The position numbers and the translations under genes were made by a program. This document shows positions 1-9,078 of a stretch of 62,357 nt of DNA, piece by piece (the stretch's first letter is position 1; the number at the start of each line of letters is the position of its first letter). This stretch comes from a virus (lineage: Duplodnaviria > Caudoviricetes), in the IMG/VR virus record IMGVR_UViG_3300048576_000443, positions 1-62,357 of that record; one strand, 5' to 3'. Under the pieces are notes generated by a model. It was not told the origin of the DNA. It did no database searches and saw nothing but the letters and a program-made list of their open reading frames with translations.

Positions 1-1101
1 TTAGGATGATAGAGAAGCCCTGGGGGTTGCCGCCCCTGGGGCTTCTTGCCTTTGTACGTTCTGCTGTACGTTCCCGATACGTTTTCTTCCCAAAACCCGC
101 AGGAACGGACGCGCCGCATCCAGGGTTTTGATGTACCTATCTGTCGTCGTCAGGCGCTTGTGTCGTAGGATTTCCTGGATCATGTGGACCGGCGTCCCGG
201 CGCTGGCCAGGATCGACGCCGTGAGGTGCCGTATAGCATGGCAACCGAACTCACGCACCCCGGCGGCCCGGCACAATTCCTGCGGGAACCCTCGATTTTC
301 TGTGTACGGCTTCCCGGTGTGGCGGCCGATGCCCTGGACGAACACCCATTCGTTCACAGCGGCCTGCCTGTGGGCTAGGAGCGCCGTAAACAGGTCTTCA
401 TCCATCGGCACCCAATCCCATTCCATGGAGCCGTCCTGGCGCTTTCTGGTGCCAAGTCTGATGCGACTCCCAGCAAAATCCACGTCCGGCCATGTGAGCC
501 GGAAGACCTCGCCCTTGCGGGCGGCCGTGTAGAGCAGCGTCAGGAGCATGGCCTTGTCCTGCCCTTGGGCCATATCCGCTACCTTCCAGAAGTCGCGCTC
601 CGGGGGCACATAGCGTGGCTGGCGCTCTTCACCGAACTTGCGGACGGCTTTCCAGGGGTTTGCCCCCTGCGGGAAATCGTCCACAAATTCCTGCGCCCAC
701 GCCCACGCCGCCGCAAGGTTCTTCCGGCATTTGTTCGCCGCGTAACCTGACCTCTCGCGGTATTGACCCGTGAGGTAATCCAGGGCCATGCGCTTTGTCA
801 GGGCCGCGCATGGCGTGTCCGGATCAACGGCTTGGAACAGCCTGCGGAACTCGTTGCGCTTCTCGTTGACCGTTTTCTTCGCGTGCCTGACCGCGTCCGC
901 AAGGTACGCTGTCGCCCAATCCAGCAAGCAGCCCGAAGGGGTCACGATCTCGGGCGATGGCAGGGGAGGGGCCAGGGCCACGCGCCGTGCCGTCGCCTCC
1001 CACTCCAGAGCTTCCGCCCGGGTCGCGCACGTCTTCTGTTTCGTTCGCCCGTCGGGCAGAACGACCTGCCCGCGCCATTTCTTCTTGAACTTGTAGGGCA
1101 T
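1..1101 (-). CDS. int: Tyrosine recombinase / phage integrase
   Basis: Catalytic motifs YTAARKGE, HAIRH, LRH..TTDRY; ATG at 1101 preceded by GGAGG. Confidence 0.95.
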   Translation of the reverse strand: MPYKFKKKWRGQVVLPDGRTKQKTCATRAEALEWEATARRVALAPPLPSPEIVTPSGCLLDWATAYLADAVRHAKKTVNEKRNEFRRLFQAVDPDTPCAALTKRMALDYLTGQYRERSGYAANKCRKNLAAAWAWAQEFVDDFPQGANPWKAVRKFGEERQPRYVPPERDFWKVADMAQGQDKAMLLTLLYTAARKGEVFRLTWPDVDFAGSRIRLGTRKRQDGSMEWDWVPMDEDLFTALLAHRQAAVNEWVFVQGIGRHTGKPYTENRGFPQELCRAAGVREFGCHAIRHLTASILASAGTPVHMIQEILRHKRLTTTDRYIKTLDAARPFLRVLGRKRIGNVQQNVQRQEAPGAATPRASLSS

Positions 1102-1273
1102 GACGCCTCCTGATTTCTTCTGTGACCAAGTTTTCAAAGAACAGGACGGCCTTGCCAACCTTCACCCCGCCGTAAAGAGCGTATCGCTCCTTTATCCGGC
1201 GAGGCGCAACCCCAAAAAGCGTGGCGAGGGAGTCTGGGGAGAGGACAGGCCCGAGAGGGGACAAGGTGGTCAT
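824..1273 (-). CDS. Putative excisionase / HTH protein overlapping the integrase 5' end
   Basis: N-terminus VLSPDSLATLFGVAPRRIKERY..GGVKVGKAVLF is Xis-like; positioned immediately upstream of int. Confidence 0.55.
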   Translation of the reverse strand: MTTLSPLGPVLSPDSLATLFGVAPRRIKERYALYGGVKVGKAVLFFENLVTEEIRRRHALQVQEEMARAGRSARRANETEDVRDPGGSSGVGGDGTARGPGPSPAIARDRDPFGLLAGLGDSVPCGRGQAREENGQREAQRVPQAVPSR

Positions 1274-1467
1274 AGTTCTTTCACCTCCACCAGATTTCCG
1301 CACGGGACCACGATCCTGTGCCCGCTGACGTCCACGAGGTGGTTCCTGGGCCTGCCACGGCCCGAGATGACCACCAGGGCGTCCCGGCCGTGCCAGGGCA
1401 TGCAGGGGGCGTATGCGGCAGCGTAATGGATGCGGACGCGCTGTCCGGGGCGGGGGGAGGAGATCAT
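1270..1467 (-). CDS. Hypothetical phage protein (small beta-barrel-like)
   Basis: MISSPRPGQRVRIHY...; start and stop overlap the neighbouring genes. Confidence 0.6.
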   Translation of the reverse strand: MISSPRPGQRVRIHYAAAYAPCMPWHGRDALVVISGRGRPRNHLVDVSGHRIVVPCGNLVEVKEL

Positions 1468-2324
1468 GGCCTCTGGTCCCACGCCCGGCCGTCCAGCACG
1501 GGCATTTTCACAACGCGCCCGTCGTCGCCCGGCCCCTGTTTGTAAAAGAACGGGACACCTGCTTCGACGCATTGATCCTTGAGGGACCGCGCCCACGCGA
1601 TGTCCATGAGGCGCGCGCCAGGGCCGGACTCGCAGCCGCAGATGACCCAACGCAAAGAGGCCTGCGTATCTTGCTCACACCAACACCCCTCTTCATCTGG
1701 CCCTTTGCAAACCCAACATTTGTCCAGTTTGATCGGCCCCAACATCGGCTCGATGGAGACAAAATGGACGGCCGATTGAATCCCAAGTAAAGGCATAATG
1801 CGGTAGTCGGCCATGGCCTGGTTCTCGGCCGTGACGCCAAGCCAGACGTTGGGGAGGGGCCACGCAAAACCCGGCCCAATTCCACGGGACAATACCTCCC
1901 AATACGCATCCCATATTCGTTTCTCTCGGCATTCTGCGCCAAGATACTCCCTCATCCCCTCCGGCCTCTTGGTCAGCACCATGAACGTGTGCTGCGGACA
2001 AAGGGCCATGACCGCGAAAATACGGTCCAGCCATTCGTCCGGCGTCTCCCGGTGGAACAGGTCGGTCATGCTACCGACGAAGATGCGGCTGGGTTTTTTC
2101 CACTTGAGCGGCTGCATGAGCGCGGATTCGACCAGCGCCGTCTTGCCGTTCCAGGCCCGCCCGTCCAGGCTCACCACGTTTTGGTACTGCGGCGTCTGCG
2201 GGTTCAGCGCGAGACGGCAGGCCATGCGCTCGGCATAACAGTGGTCGCATCCGGCCGAGACTTTGGTGCAGCCGATGATGGGATTCCAAGTCTTGTCGGC
2301 CCATTCGATGTTGGTATCAGCCAT
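1464..2324 (-). CDS. Phage Gp37/Gp68 family (DUF5131) protein
   Basis: Signature motifs MADTNIEWADKTWNPIIGCTKVSAGCDHCYAE, IFVGSMTDLFH, NVWLGVTAENQ, FVSIEPML, WVICGCESG. Confidence 0.92.
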   Translation of the reverse strand: MADTNIEWADKTWNPIIGCTKVSAGCDHCYAERMACRLALNPQTPQYQNVVSLDGRAWNGKTALVESALMQPLKWKKPSRIFVGSMTDLFHRETPDEWLDRIFAVMALCPQHTFMVLTKRPEGMREYLGAECREKRIWDAYWEVLSRGIGPGFAWPLPNVWLGVTAENQAMADYRIMPLLGIQSAVHFVSIEPMLGPIKLDKCWVCKGPDEEGCWCEQDTQASLRWVICGCESGPGARLMDIAWARSLKDQCVEAGVPFFYKQGPGDDGRVVKMPVLDGRAWDQRP

Positions 2325-2553
2325 GTTGCGCCCCGAATTTATACGATTCACTCAACAGCGAAAACTCTCCCACGGACAACTTCCGCAAAGACACCCATTG
2401 TCCGTCAGGGTGTTTGTAAAGCAACCAGCCATAGAATCGCGCCTCTTTATTCACCCCGACTGCGTACTGGCCGGGTACGACCTCGCGAATATCGCCGCTT
2501 GCAACGGGATCGTAGCTTCGCCCCAAGGGGTCAACAGATTGGGTATCAGCCAT
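2317..2553 (-). CDS. Hypothetical protein
   Basis: MADTQSVDPLG... in operon with overlapping start and stop. Confidence 0.6.
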   Translation of the reverse strand: MADTQSVDPLGRSYDPVASGDIREVVPGQYAVGVNKEARFYGWLLYKHPDGQWVSLRKLSVGEFSLLSESYKFGAQHG

Positions 2554-3013
2554 GGTTGTTCTCCGGCCTCCCGGCCTGCTCGACGGCCATAACCCACGCC
2601 AGCGCGGCCGTATCGTCCGGGAGAATGGCGTCCGCCCAATGATGCACCGGACTGCGGTCGCCTTCTCTGGGATGGCCCACAACGATGGAACGCTTTCCCA
2701 TCCCGACGCCAAGCGCCCAATCCGCATGCGAATCGTTGCCGCACGGCAGCAACAGGATGATCAAATCCGCGTGCGAGATGGCGGCGCGATTTTCAGCGAC
2801 AATCTGGATCCACTCCGGCCGAGAGATGTATTCAGCATAGTCGTGCGACCCCGGTTTGAACGGCTCCGGAAATCGTTCCGGCGGGATTTCCGGTGATTTT
2901 CTGCACTCCGGGTCGGTGAAATCGTAGACTTCATGGCCGAAGCGGCGCAGATCATTCGCCAGTTGCCTGACGCGGCCGCGATTTTTCCAAGACGAAGACA
3001 GGTAGATATTCAC
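2546..3013 (-). CDS. Nucleoside 2-deoxyribosyltransferase-like (flavodoxin-fold) protein
   Basis: IYLSSSWKNR..GHEVYDF..ADLIILLLPCGNDSHADWALGVGMGK resembles the NDT-like family. Confidence 0.65.
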   Translation of the reverse strand: MNIYLSSSWKNRGRVRQLANDLRRFGHEVYDFTDPECRKSPEIPPERFPEPFKPGSHDYAEYISRPEWIQIVAENRAAISHADLIILLLPCGNDSHADWALGVGMGKRSIVVGHPREGDRSPVHHWADAILPDDTAALAWVMAVEQAGRPENNHG

Positions 3014-3025
3014 GCTGTGACTCTC

Positions 3026-3640
3026 CTATTTTTTGGCCTGCTCGACGGTGTAGGACCAGCACCAGGGGTTGCCAGGGACGCCAAGCCCCCGGCGAGAGTG
3101 ATGGTGGTTCCAGATGGCGTGCGCATTATCCAAGAGGCTATTGCCTTCTGGGAATGAATGCCCTGCCTCGGGCCAGTCTTTGAGAATGCCCCACGCCACC
3201 GCATCTCCCGTGGTCATCTCCTGAACCCGCTTGACGGCCACGGTCTGGACCTTGATCCAGGACCGGATGGCCCACGCGGGCATCGTGGCCGGGGCGCGCC
3301 ATTTTGACTTGAACCGGCCGTTCTCGTCCGCTGCCATCCACTTTTCGGATGCGGCTTGCGTGTTGGCAATCTCAATAAACGCGCCGTCCGCCTGGAACAT
3401 CACACCGTCCAGCCCAGACTCAAGTGCCTCGGTTCGCCACGCCTCCCGGCACGCCAGCACGTCGCCGGGATCGTAGTCCTGGCATGCGTATCCAGTTTCC
3501 CCGTTGTGCCATACCTTGAGCCGAACACCGTCCCAATGTATTACATGGTCAGGTTGTACAGGGAGGGGCCTCCAAATCTGCCGCAGTGTCCCGGCAGCGG
3601 CGGCCCTGGCCTCGTGGGGGAAGAGGATGATGCTAGGCAT
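3026..3640 (-). CDS. Phage ASCH/PUA-like protein
   Basis: PGDVLACREAW, KWRAPATMPAWAIRSWIKV..VKRVQEMT..DAVAWG, NPWCW pattern common in phage early proteins. Confidence 0.65.
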   Translation of the reverse strand: MPSIILFPHEARAAAAGTLRQIWRPLPVQPDHVIHWDGVRLKVWHNGETGYACQDYDPGDVLACREAWRTEALESGLDGVMFQADGAFIEIANTQAASEKWMAADENGRFKSKWRAPATMPAWAIRSWIKVQTVAVKRVQEMTTGDAVAWGILKDWPEAGHSFPEGNSLLDNAHAIWNHHHSRRGLGVPGNPWCWSYTVEQAKK

Positions 3641-3995
3641 GGTTTTTCTCCTGATATCCGTTGTGCAGCCCGTGGGAGCGGAGGAAATCCCGAAAAAGGC
3701 TAAAAGCCCCATCTATTGACCCATTGGAGTCTATGCCGCGAGACGTTATCAGCCATGGGAACTCCGTGGACCAAAAATTAGGGATGAAGCAATGCATGGG
3801 GCACTTAAAGGGGAACGAGGGTAGATTCTCATAATTGGGTAATTTCTCGCACACCGGCCAAGTCCCGTTGTATTCCCACCCGTCCCCGTCAGAACCCAAG
3901 TGATTGCAGTTTCCGCATGACGGCCTCAAAGGAAGACCGTCCGCTCCGCGAAGTGGTTTCCAAAAAGCGAGGATTGCGGCCTTGTCTTTACGCAT
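3633..3995 (-). CDS. Hypothetical Cys-containing protein
   Basis: ORF in operon; CxxCxH motif. Confidence 0.55.
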   Translation of the reverse strand: MRKDKAAILAFWKPLRGADGLPLRPSCGNCNHLGSDGDGWEYNGTWPVCEKLPNYENLPSFPFKCPMHCFIPNFWSTEFPWLITSRGIDSNGSIDGAFSLFRDFLRSHGLHNGYQEKNHA

Positions 3996-4233
3996 CGTCT
4001 TCCCCCAAAAGCGGCCGCATCGCCGTGTAGAGAACGTCGGGTAGAGGTGCTTTTTTTATGTATGAGTCGCAGTTGACGAGGATGTGCCCATTGTAGTTTC
4101 TGATCTCGACATGGTAGGCCGTCCGATGTCTGGTGATGCTTGACACGCCGCTGATATCAAAGGACCACCCTCGGTCCCGGATGATGTCGAAAAGCTCTCC
4201 CAGGCCGTAGGGCGACTTCACGATGTCAGACAT
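3988..4233 (-). CDS. Hypothetical protein
   Basis: ORF with RBS GGAGG, overlapping neighbours. Confidence 0.6.
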   Translation of the reverse strand: MSDIVKSPYGLGELFDIIRDRGWSFDISGVSSITRHRTAYHVEIRNYNGHILVNCDSYIKKAPLPDVLYTAMRPLLGEDDA

Positions 4234-4687
4234 TGTCGTCCTCCCCGACCATTTTGCCCGGCTGGGAAAGATGGTCCATCGCCTCCTTCCACTCTTTGGA
4301 CTCCCGACAGGCCGGGCACGTCACGACGGCGGGGTCGGAAGTGACTATCCCATTTAGGCCGTCAACAACCCGCTGGAAAAGAAAGTCGTTGAAGTGCGAA
4401 AGCAGGCCGCATACCGTGTAATAAGACTGCCCGGGGAGGAAGTGGACCATCCGTGTATTGTTCATAACATCACCAGGTATCGCTACAATATTCGCCCCAT
4501 CCACTATGGTGAATCCCAGGTGGCGACATACGATCCGGAACGCCGTGCAAAACTCGTTGTCGTTTTTTTCGTCCCATAGGTGGCCCTCAAGCCCCATCAT
4601 CCATCCGGCGCACCACGTTTCTTCGCTGTACTGTGACGCAGCGGCGGCCAGGATCACGGCGAAGGCCTGCTTCTCGGCATCGGTCAT
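4226..4687 (-). CDS. Hypothetical protein with C-terminal zinc-finger (CG..VTCPAC)
   Basis: MTDAEKQAF...; ATGA overlap with the upstream gene. Confidence 0.6.
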   Translation of the reverse strand: MTDAEKQAFAVILAAAASQYSEETWCAGWMMGLEGHLWDEKNDNEFCTAFRIVCRHLGFTIVDGANIVAIPGDVMNNTRMVHFLPGQSYYTVCGLLSHFNDFLFQRVVDGLNGIVTSDPAVVTCPACRESKEWKEAMDHLSQPGKMVGEDDNV

Positions 4688-4947
4688 GACTTCTCTTCCT
4701 CCATCTTCTTCTCCCACAGCTCGGCGCAGTCCGGACACAACGGCCCGCCAGGATGTCTGACGTAGTACAAATGCTCACCGCAAAAATATTCATCGCAATA
4801 GTCATCGCCATCGCCGTGCATCCCGCCGCATGCGCTATCCACGCCCCGCATTATGGGGTTATTGCATCCGGGGTAGTCGCACGTCCCGGGGTGGTTGTAC
4901 CCTATCGGTCTGCCTCGGCTGTCTTCTCCGCAGTCTCCCCATCCCAT
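4684..4947 (-). CDS. Hypothetical Cys/His-rich (zinc-binding) phage protein
   Basis: MGWGDCGEDSRGRPIGY..CDYPGC..FCGEHL..CPDC. Confidence 0.7.
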   Translation of the reverse strand: MGWGDCGEDSRGRPIGYNHPGTCDYPGCNNPIMRGVDSACGGMHGDGDDYCDEYFCGEHLYYVRHPGGPLCPDCAELWEKKMEEEKS

Positions 4948-4948
4948 G

Positions 4949-5113
4949 TTATTTCTCCTTCTCCTCGCTGCAATCCGGGCACAAGGCCCGGTCGCCGTCG
5001 AATGTCCAGCCGTAATGTTTCGCGATGCTCACGACGCCGGGGGACGTCCGTGCATAAATCGTCACGCTACATTCATCACAGGTCACTACATACACCGGCC
5101 CCTCGATCCCCAT
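4949..5113 (-). CDS. Small zinc-ribbon protein
   Basis: VTCDEC..GW..LCPDC; RBS AGGAGG. Confidence 0.6.
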   Translation of the reverse strand: MGIEGPVYVVTCDECSVTIYARTSPGVVSIAKHYGWTFDGDRALCPDCSEEKEK

Positions 5114-5371
5114 ACATCCTCCTTTTCGATCATATTCCCGGCGTCGGGAAAATGGTCCCCGCCTCATCCCGCCCCAGGACCAATGCCCCGAGGCGAGGGA
5201 GGGGAGGCGCTAGCGCAGATCGTCGCGCAGGGCCGAAGCGGCGGCCGCCAGGGCGAAGTACAAGGCTTTGTCGTTGGGGTTGTCAGCCCGCGCATGGGCA
5301 TCCATGGCTTTCAACTCGATGTTGCGGATTTCTTCCTGGGACATAAGGCATCTCCTTGGTTGAGGTTGGGG

Positions 5372-6223
5372 TTACGCCGCCCGCTTGGTCCCGTTGGCGG
5401 CGAAACGGATCTTCGTCGCGTCCGGACCTTTGCCCACGGTGATTTCGCTGACGCCCTTCGCGCGCAGCGTCTCCTCCAGGGCCCTCCCGGCGATGCCGAA
5501 GGCCTCTTCCATGGGGTCCGGGGTGGGTTCGACCATTTTGAGCTGGAACGCCTGGGCGCACTCGCGCTGCGTGATGACCGTGCCGTCCGTGGCCAGATGC
5601 AGGCGCCCGCCGGTTGCCTGGGCCGGGACTTCGGCCGCGACCTCGGCGCAGATGACCATGGCGTCGTAGTCCGCCTGATCCTCGGTGCAGGCCAGTTTGA
5701 CCTTGACGTTGCCCTTGTATTTGTTGCCCCGGCGCGACTTGAGGTCATAGGCCACGGTTTGCAGGGCCTGGGCGATGGCCGCCACGGTCTCGCCCTTGTC
5801 GATGTCGAGCAGGACCAGGATGTCCCGGGCTTTGCAGGACAGGTCCGGCGGCAGGTTGGCGCGCTTGAGTTCATCCAGCAGTTCGCCAAGCTCCCCGGCG
5901 TAGTCCATGACCTCGGCCTCGAGTTCGGAAACCCTTGCCTTCATGGCGTCCATGGCCCGGGCCGCGTCGGCGCGGTCCATGACGGACTCGATCCACGCGG
6001 ACATGGCCACTTCGGCCTCAAAGGGGGGCGTGGCGTACACGCCAGCGGCGAAGCTGGCCAGGGATTGGGCCGGAGACGGGGACGCGATGCGGGCCGTCTC
6101 GGCAGGCCTGGGCGCCGTCTGGATGTTACCCTTGACGGCGGCCGGAGGCCTGGCTTTCGTGGCCTTGGGGATTGCGTGCAGGGGCGGGCCCTGCGGCACG
6201 GGACTCGGTTCGGTGTTCAGCAT
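5372..6223 (-). CDS. Hypothetical protein
   Basis: 283-aa ORF with AGGAGG RBS and coding-like GC3 bias. Confidence 0.7.
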   Translation of the reverse strand: MLNTEPSPVPQGPPLHAIPKATKARPPAAVKGNIQTAPRPAETARIASPSPAQSLASFAAGVYATPPFEAEVAMSAWIESVMDRADAARAMDAMKARVSELEAEVMDYAGELGELLDELKRANLPPDLSCKARDILVLLDIDKGETVAAIAQALQTVAYDLKSRRGNKYKGNVKVKLACTEDQADYDAMVICAEVAAEVPAQATGGRLHLATDGTVITQRECAQAFQLKMVEPTPDPMEEAFGIAGRALEETLRAKGVSEITVGKGPDATKIRFAANGTKRAA

Positions 6224-6275
6224 GGTTTTCCTCCTGGATTTTTGTCTTCCTTCCCGGCCGGTCGGAAGGCAGGGG

Positions 6276-6560
6276 CTACTGCCCCAGGGCTTCTTTGCCC
6301 GGTTGAAGGACCGTGATCTTCAAGGCCCGCTTGGCCGGGACCTGGACCGTCTCCCCGGTGCGCGGGTTGCGGCCGGCGCGGGCCTTGCGCTCGATGACCT
6401 TGATCTTGGCGAGGCCGAACAGGTTGATCTCTTCGCCGCCCCGGATGGCGTCGCTAAAGATTCGGCCCAAGGCGTCGTAAACATCGAACGACGCCGGGAC
6501 GGTCATCCCGGTCTTGGCGCGCAACCCATTGGCGATTCCAGCTTTGGTATTGACGTTCAT
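6276..6560 (-). CDS. HU/IHF family DNA-binding protein
   Basis: GEEINLFGLAKIKVIERKARAGRNPRTGETVQVPAKR signature. Confidence 0.92.
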   Translation of the reverse strand: MNVNTKAGIANGLRAKTGMTVPASFDVYDALGRIFSDAIRGGEEINLFGLAKIKVIERKARAGRNPRTGETVQVPAKRALKITVLQPGKEALGQ

Positions 6561-6568
6561 CCTTCCCC

Positions 6569-6784
6569 CTATCTCTCGGACCTCAAGGCCCGGAGGTTGA
6601 TGTTCTCCCGGAAAAAGCCCGGGCAGTGACCTAAGTGAATTTTTCCGCAGACCGGGCACCGATACGGCTTCTGCCCCCATGTCATTTCCGCTGGCAGTCT
6701 GTTCAGGCACCGCCATGCCTCTTCGACGGTGTGGAAGGTCCGCTTGCGGCCGCACTTACGCCGCTTGTGACGTTTGCTGGCCAT
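6569..6784 (-). CDS. Small basic zinc-finger protein
   Basis: CGRKRTF..EEA..YRCPVCGKIHLGH. Confidence 0.65.
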   Translation of the reverse strand: MASKRHKRRKCGRKRTFHTVEEAWRCLNRLPAEMTWGQKPYRCPVCGKIHLGHCPGFFRENINLRALRSER

Positions 6785-6880
6785 GGGCGTCCCTCCGTTT
6801 GGCCTCGGCCTCAGCCCGGGCATTGTCGAAGATCCTTGCGATGCGCACGGCGGCTTGGTCGATTGTGATGGGACGGCGCT

Positions 6881-8728
6881 TCATAGCCATGCCTCGGCCA
6901 CGAACCGGGACACCGGGGACTCGTACAGACGCATCTGGCCGTCACGGCCCGGCTTTTCGGATCGCTCCGGACGCACGGCCATAAGCAGGACGTCCCGCGC
7001 GCGGGTGATGGCCACGTAGGCAAGCCGCCGTTCTTCCTCGATGTCTCCGGACCTCACGGCGCGTTCGCTCGGCAAAATGCCCTCGTTGCATCCGGCCAGG
7101 ATCACGCACGGCCATTCCAGGCCCTTGGCGCCATGGATGGTGGCCAGGGTCACGACGCCGGGGCCTTCGGGGTCAGAGGGGGGGATTTCATCCTGCACGT
7201 CGTAGGTGGAGAGCCAGTTCAGGTAGGCAGAGACGGTGCGCTCGGGCAGGGGGCGGGCCTTGTTGAAGTCAGCAAGGAAAGACATGACGGGATCGTCATC
7301 AAGCCCGGCGCATCCGTTCTCGATATCGGCGCAGTCATCAGGATGAAGAAGGGCATAGACCTCGCCACCTACTTCATCGACGTAGTCGTCGCCGTTCCAG
7401 CCCTGAAAGAAGTCTATCGCCGCCCCCGATCCGGTCTTTATCCACGCCTCCAGGTGGCCGATGTCCAGTTGCACGGCCAGGGCCCGGACGACGGCATATT
7501 CGTCGTCCGAAACATCCAGGTCGTCCCGAATCAGCAGGAACGCGAAGTTGTCGCGCGGGTTGACCAAGAGCTTGAGGAAGGCGTGGAACCGCCGGAACTG
7601 TTGGGAGTTGGTCAGGGCGGCCTTGCGCCCCACGTAGAGGTACGGCACGCCCAAAGCGTCCAGTTCTTCGGCCACGCGCTGCAGGAGGACATGCTTGCGC
7701 GCCAAGACGGCGATGTCGCGGGGAACACTTCCTTCTGCGATGGTCAGGCCGACGCATTGGGCGGTACGGGCGCTATCCATCCCGGGAGCACGGCCAATCC
7801 GCGTGGACGCCTTCCGGCACGCCTGCATCGTCACCGGAAGCCGCATCAGGTTGTGCTCGATCAACCTGTTTGCCGCTTCGACGATGCCGACACCGGAGCG
7901 GTAATTCCGCTCCAGCCGCAAAACATGGAAGGTGTCAGTATTCTCAAGGAGGTATTCCGGAGCGGCCCCACGCCATTGGTAGATGGCCTGACTGGTATCT
8001 CCGACCGCAAACAGCGTGGCCGGAAGGTCGCGGGCCATGGACTCCAGGAGGCCCCATTGCAGCCGGTCCAGGTCCTGCACTTCGTCCACCAAGACGTGCC
8101 GCCAGCCGAGGTATTGCTTGACCAGGGGCAGAAGCAGCATGAAGCCGGTCAATATGCCGCCGTAGGTCAGGGCGTTATTCTCGCGGCAACGGCCCATGAA
8201 GGCGTTGAACAGGTTGAAGGTCGGGTCAAAATCGGCCGGTTCGATGCCCGTGGCGTAGAAGTCCGAAAAGGCCTTATCCACGGCCTTTTTCGGGGTCTTC
8301 CAAGACTTTCCCTTGAAGGCCCCGATTTCCGTGGCCACCGTGCGCAGCAGGAAATCCTCTTCCCACTCCGAATAGACGGTGATCTGTCCGGGGCGCAGGC
8401 CGATCAACTCCCCGAACCGCTGGAGCTGATGCAGGGCCAGGGCGTGCATGGTGCCCATGGTCACCCGGTAGGCGGCGCTGCCGATGCGGGCCACGAGGCG
8501 TTCCCGCATCTCGGCCGCGGCCTTCCTGGTGAAGGTGACGGCCACGATCTCGGACGGCGAGGCGTGGCATTGCTCGATCAAATAGGCGATCCGTTCCGTG
8601 AGCACGCGGGTCTTCCCGGAACCGGCCCCGGCCAGGACCAGGGCGCGGCGGGCGTCCGTGGTCACGGCTGCAAACTGGTCCGGGTCCAGGCTGGGTCGGG
8701 TCGGGCATGAGGGATTAAGCGTTTCCAT
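6881..8728 (-). CDS. UvrD/PcrA/Rep family SF1 helicase
   Basis: AGAGSGKT, VTFTRKAA, LVDEVQD, VGDTSQAIYQWRGA, LERNYRS, TIHGAKGLEW, EEERRLAYVAITRA. Confidence 0.95.
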   Translation of the reverse strand: METLNPSCPTRPSLDPDQFAAVTTDARRALVLAGAGSGKTRVLTERIAYLIEQCHASPSEIVAVTFTRKAAAEMRERLVARIGSAAYRVTMGTMHALALHQLQRFGELIGLRPGQITVYSEWEEDFLLRTVATEIGAFKGKSWKTPKKAVDKAFSDFYATGIEPADFDPTFNLFNAFMGRCRENNALTYGGILTGFMLLLPLVKQYLGWRHVLVDEVQDLDRLQWGLLESMARDLPATLFAVGDTSQAIYQWRGAAPEYLLENTDTFHVLRLERNYRSGVGIVEAANRLIEHNLMRLPVTMQACRKASTRIGRAPGMDSARTAQCVGLTIAEGSVPRDIAVLARKHVLLQRVAEELDALGVPYLYVGRKAALTNSQQFRRFHAFLKLLVNPRDNFAFLLIRDDLDVSDDEYAVVRALAVQLDIGHLEAWIKTGSGAAIDFFQGWNGDDYVDEVGGEVYALLHPDDCADIENGCAGLDDDPVMSFLADFNKARPLPERTVSAYLNWLSTYDVQDEIPPSDPEGPGVVTLATIHGAKGLEWPCVILAGCNEGILPSERAVRSGDIEEERRLAYVAITRARDVLLMAVRPERSEKPGRDGQMRLYESPVSRFVAEAWL

Positions 8729-8730
8729 AG

Positions 8731-9078
8731 TCAAACCTCTCTGTAGAATGGACGCAATGGGTGCGCGCAGAGGCCAAAGAGCAGAATGAGAACGTACCCG
8801 TCTTTGAGCCCTTCGTGGCGGCGGATGATTTCCGTCGCATAGGCGAAACAACACCGCCCCCGGTCAAAGGGCCACCCATCGGAGCATACGAGGTTAAGGG
8901 TGTCCCCGCGCTGAATGCCGTAGCTGTCTTTGAGGATGAGCCTCTCGTTGAAAAGCGCATCACGGTACTGCTTCACCGGGAGTTCGACGACATGCGTCAT
9001 GGATGGATAAAGGCGGCCACCCGGGGGCAACGCCTTTTCCGGGCACGGGTGAGGGTGAAACAGCGGGTTAGGCCCCAT
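8731..9078 (-). CDS. DUF3850/ASCH-like protein
   Basis: GDTLNL..GR..GLKDGYVLIL pattern. Confidence 0.5.
   Translation of the reverse strand: MGPNPLFHPHPCPEKALPPGGRLYPSMTHVVELPVKQYRDALFNERLILKDSYGIQRGDTLNLVCSDGWPFDRGRCCFAYATEIIRRHEGLKDGYVLILLFGLCAHPLRPFYREV

Noticed and set aside
4895-8710. Long plus-strand ORFs (4895-6316, 7133-8710) and similar ones at 20148-21623, 44223-45506 and 52259-53599
   Set aside because: GC-rich antisense shadows of well-supported genes on the opposite strand
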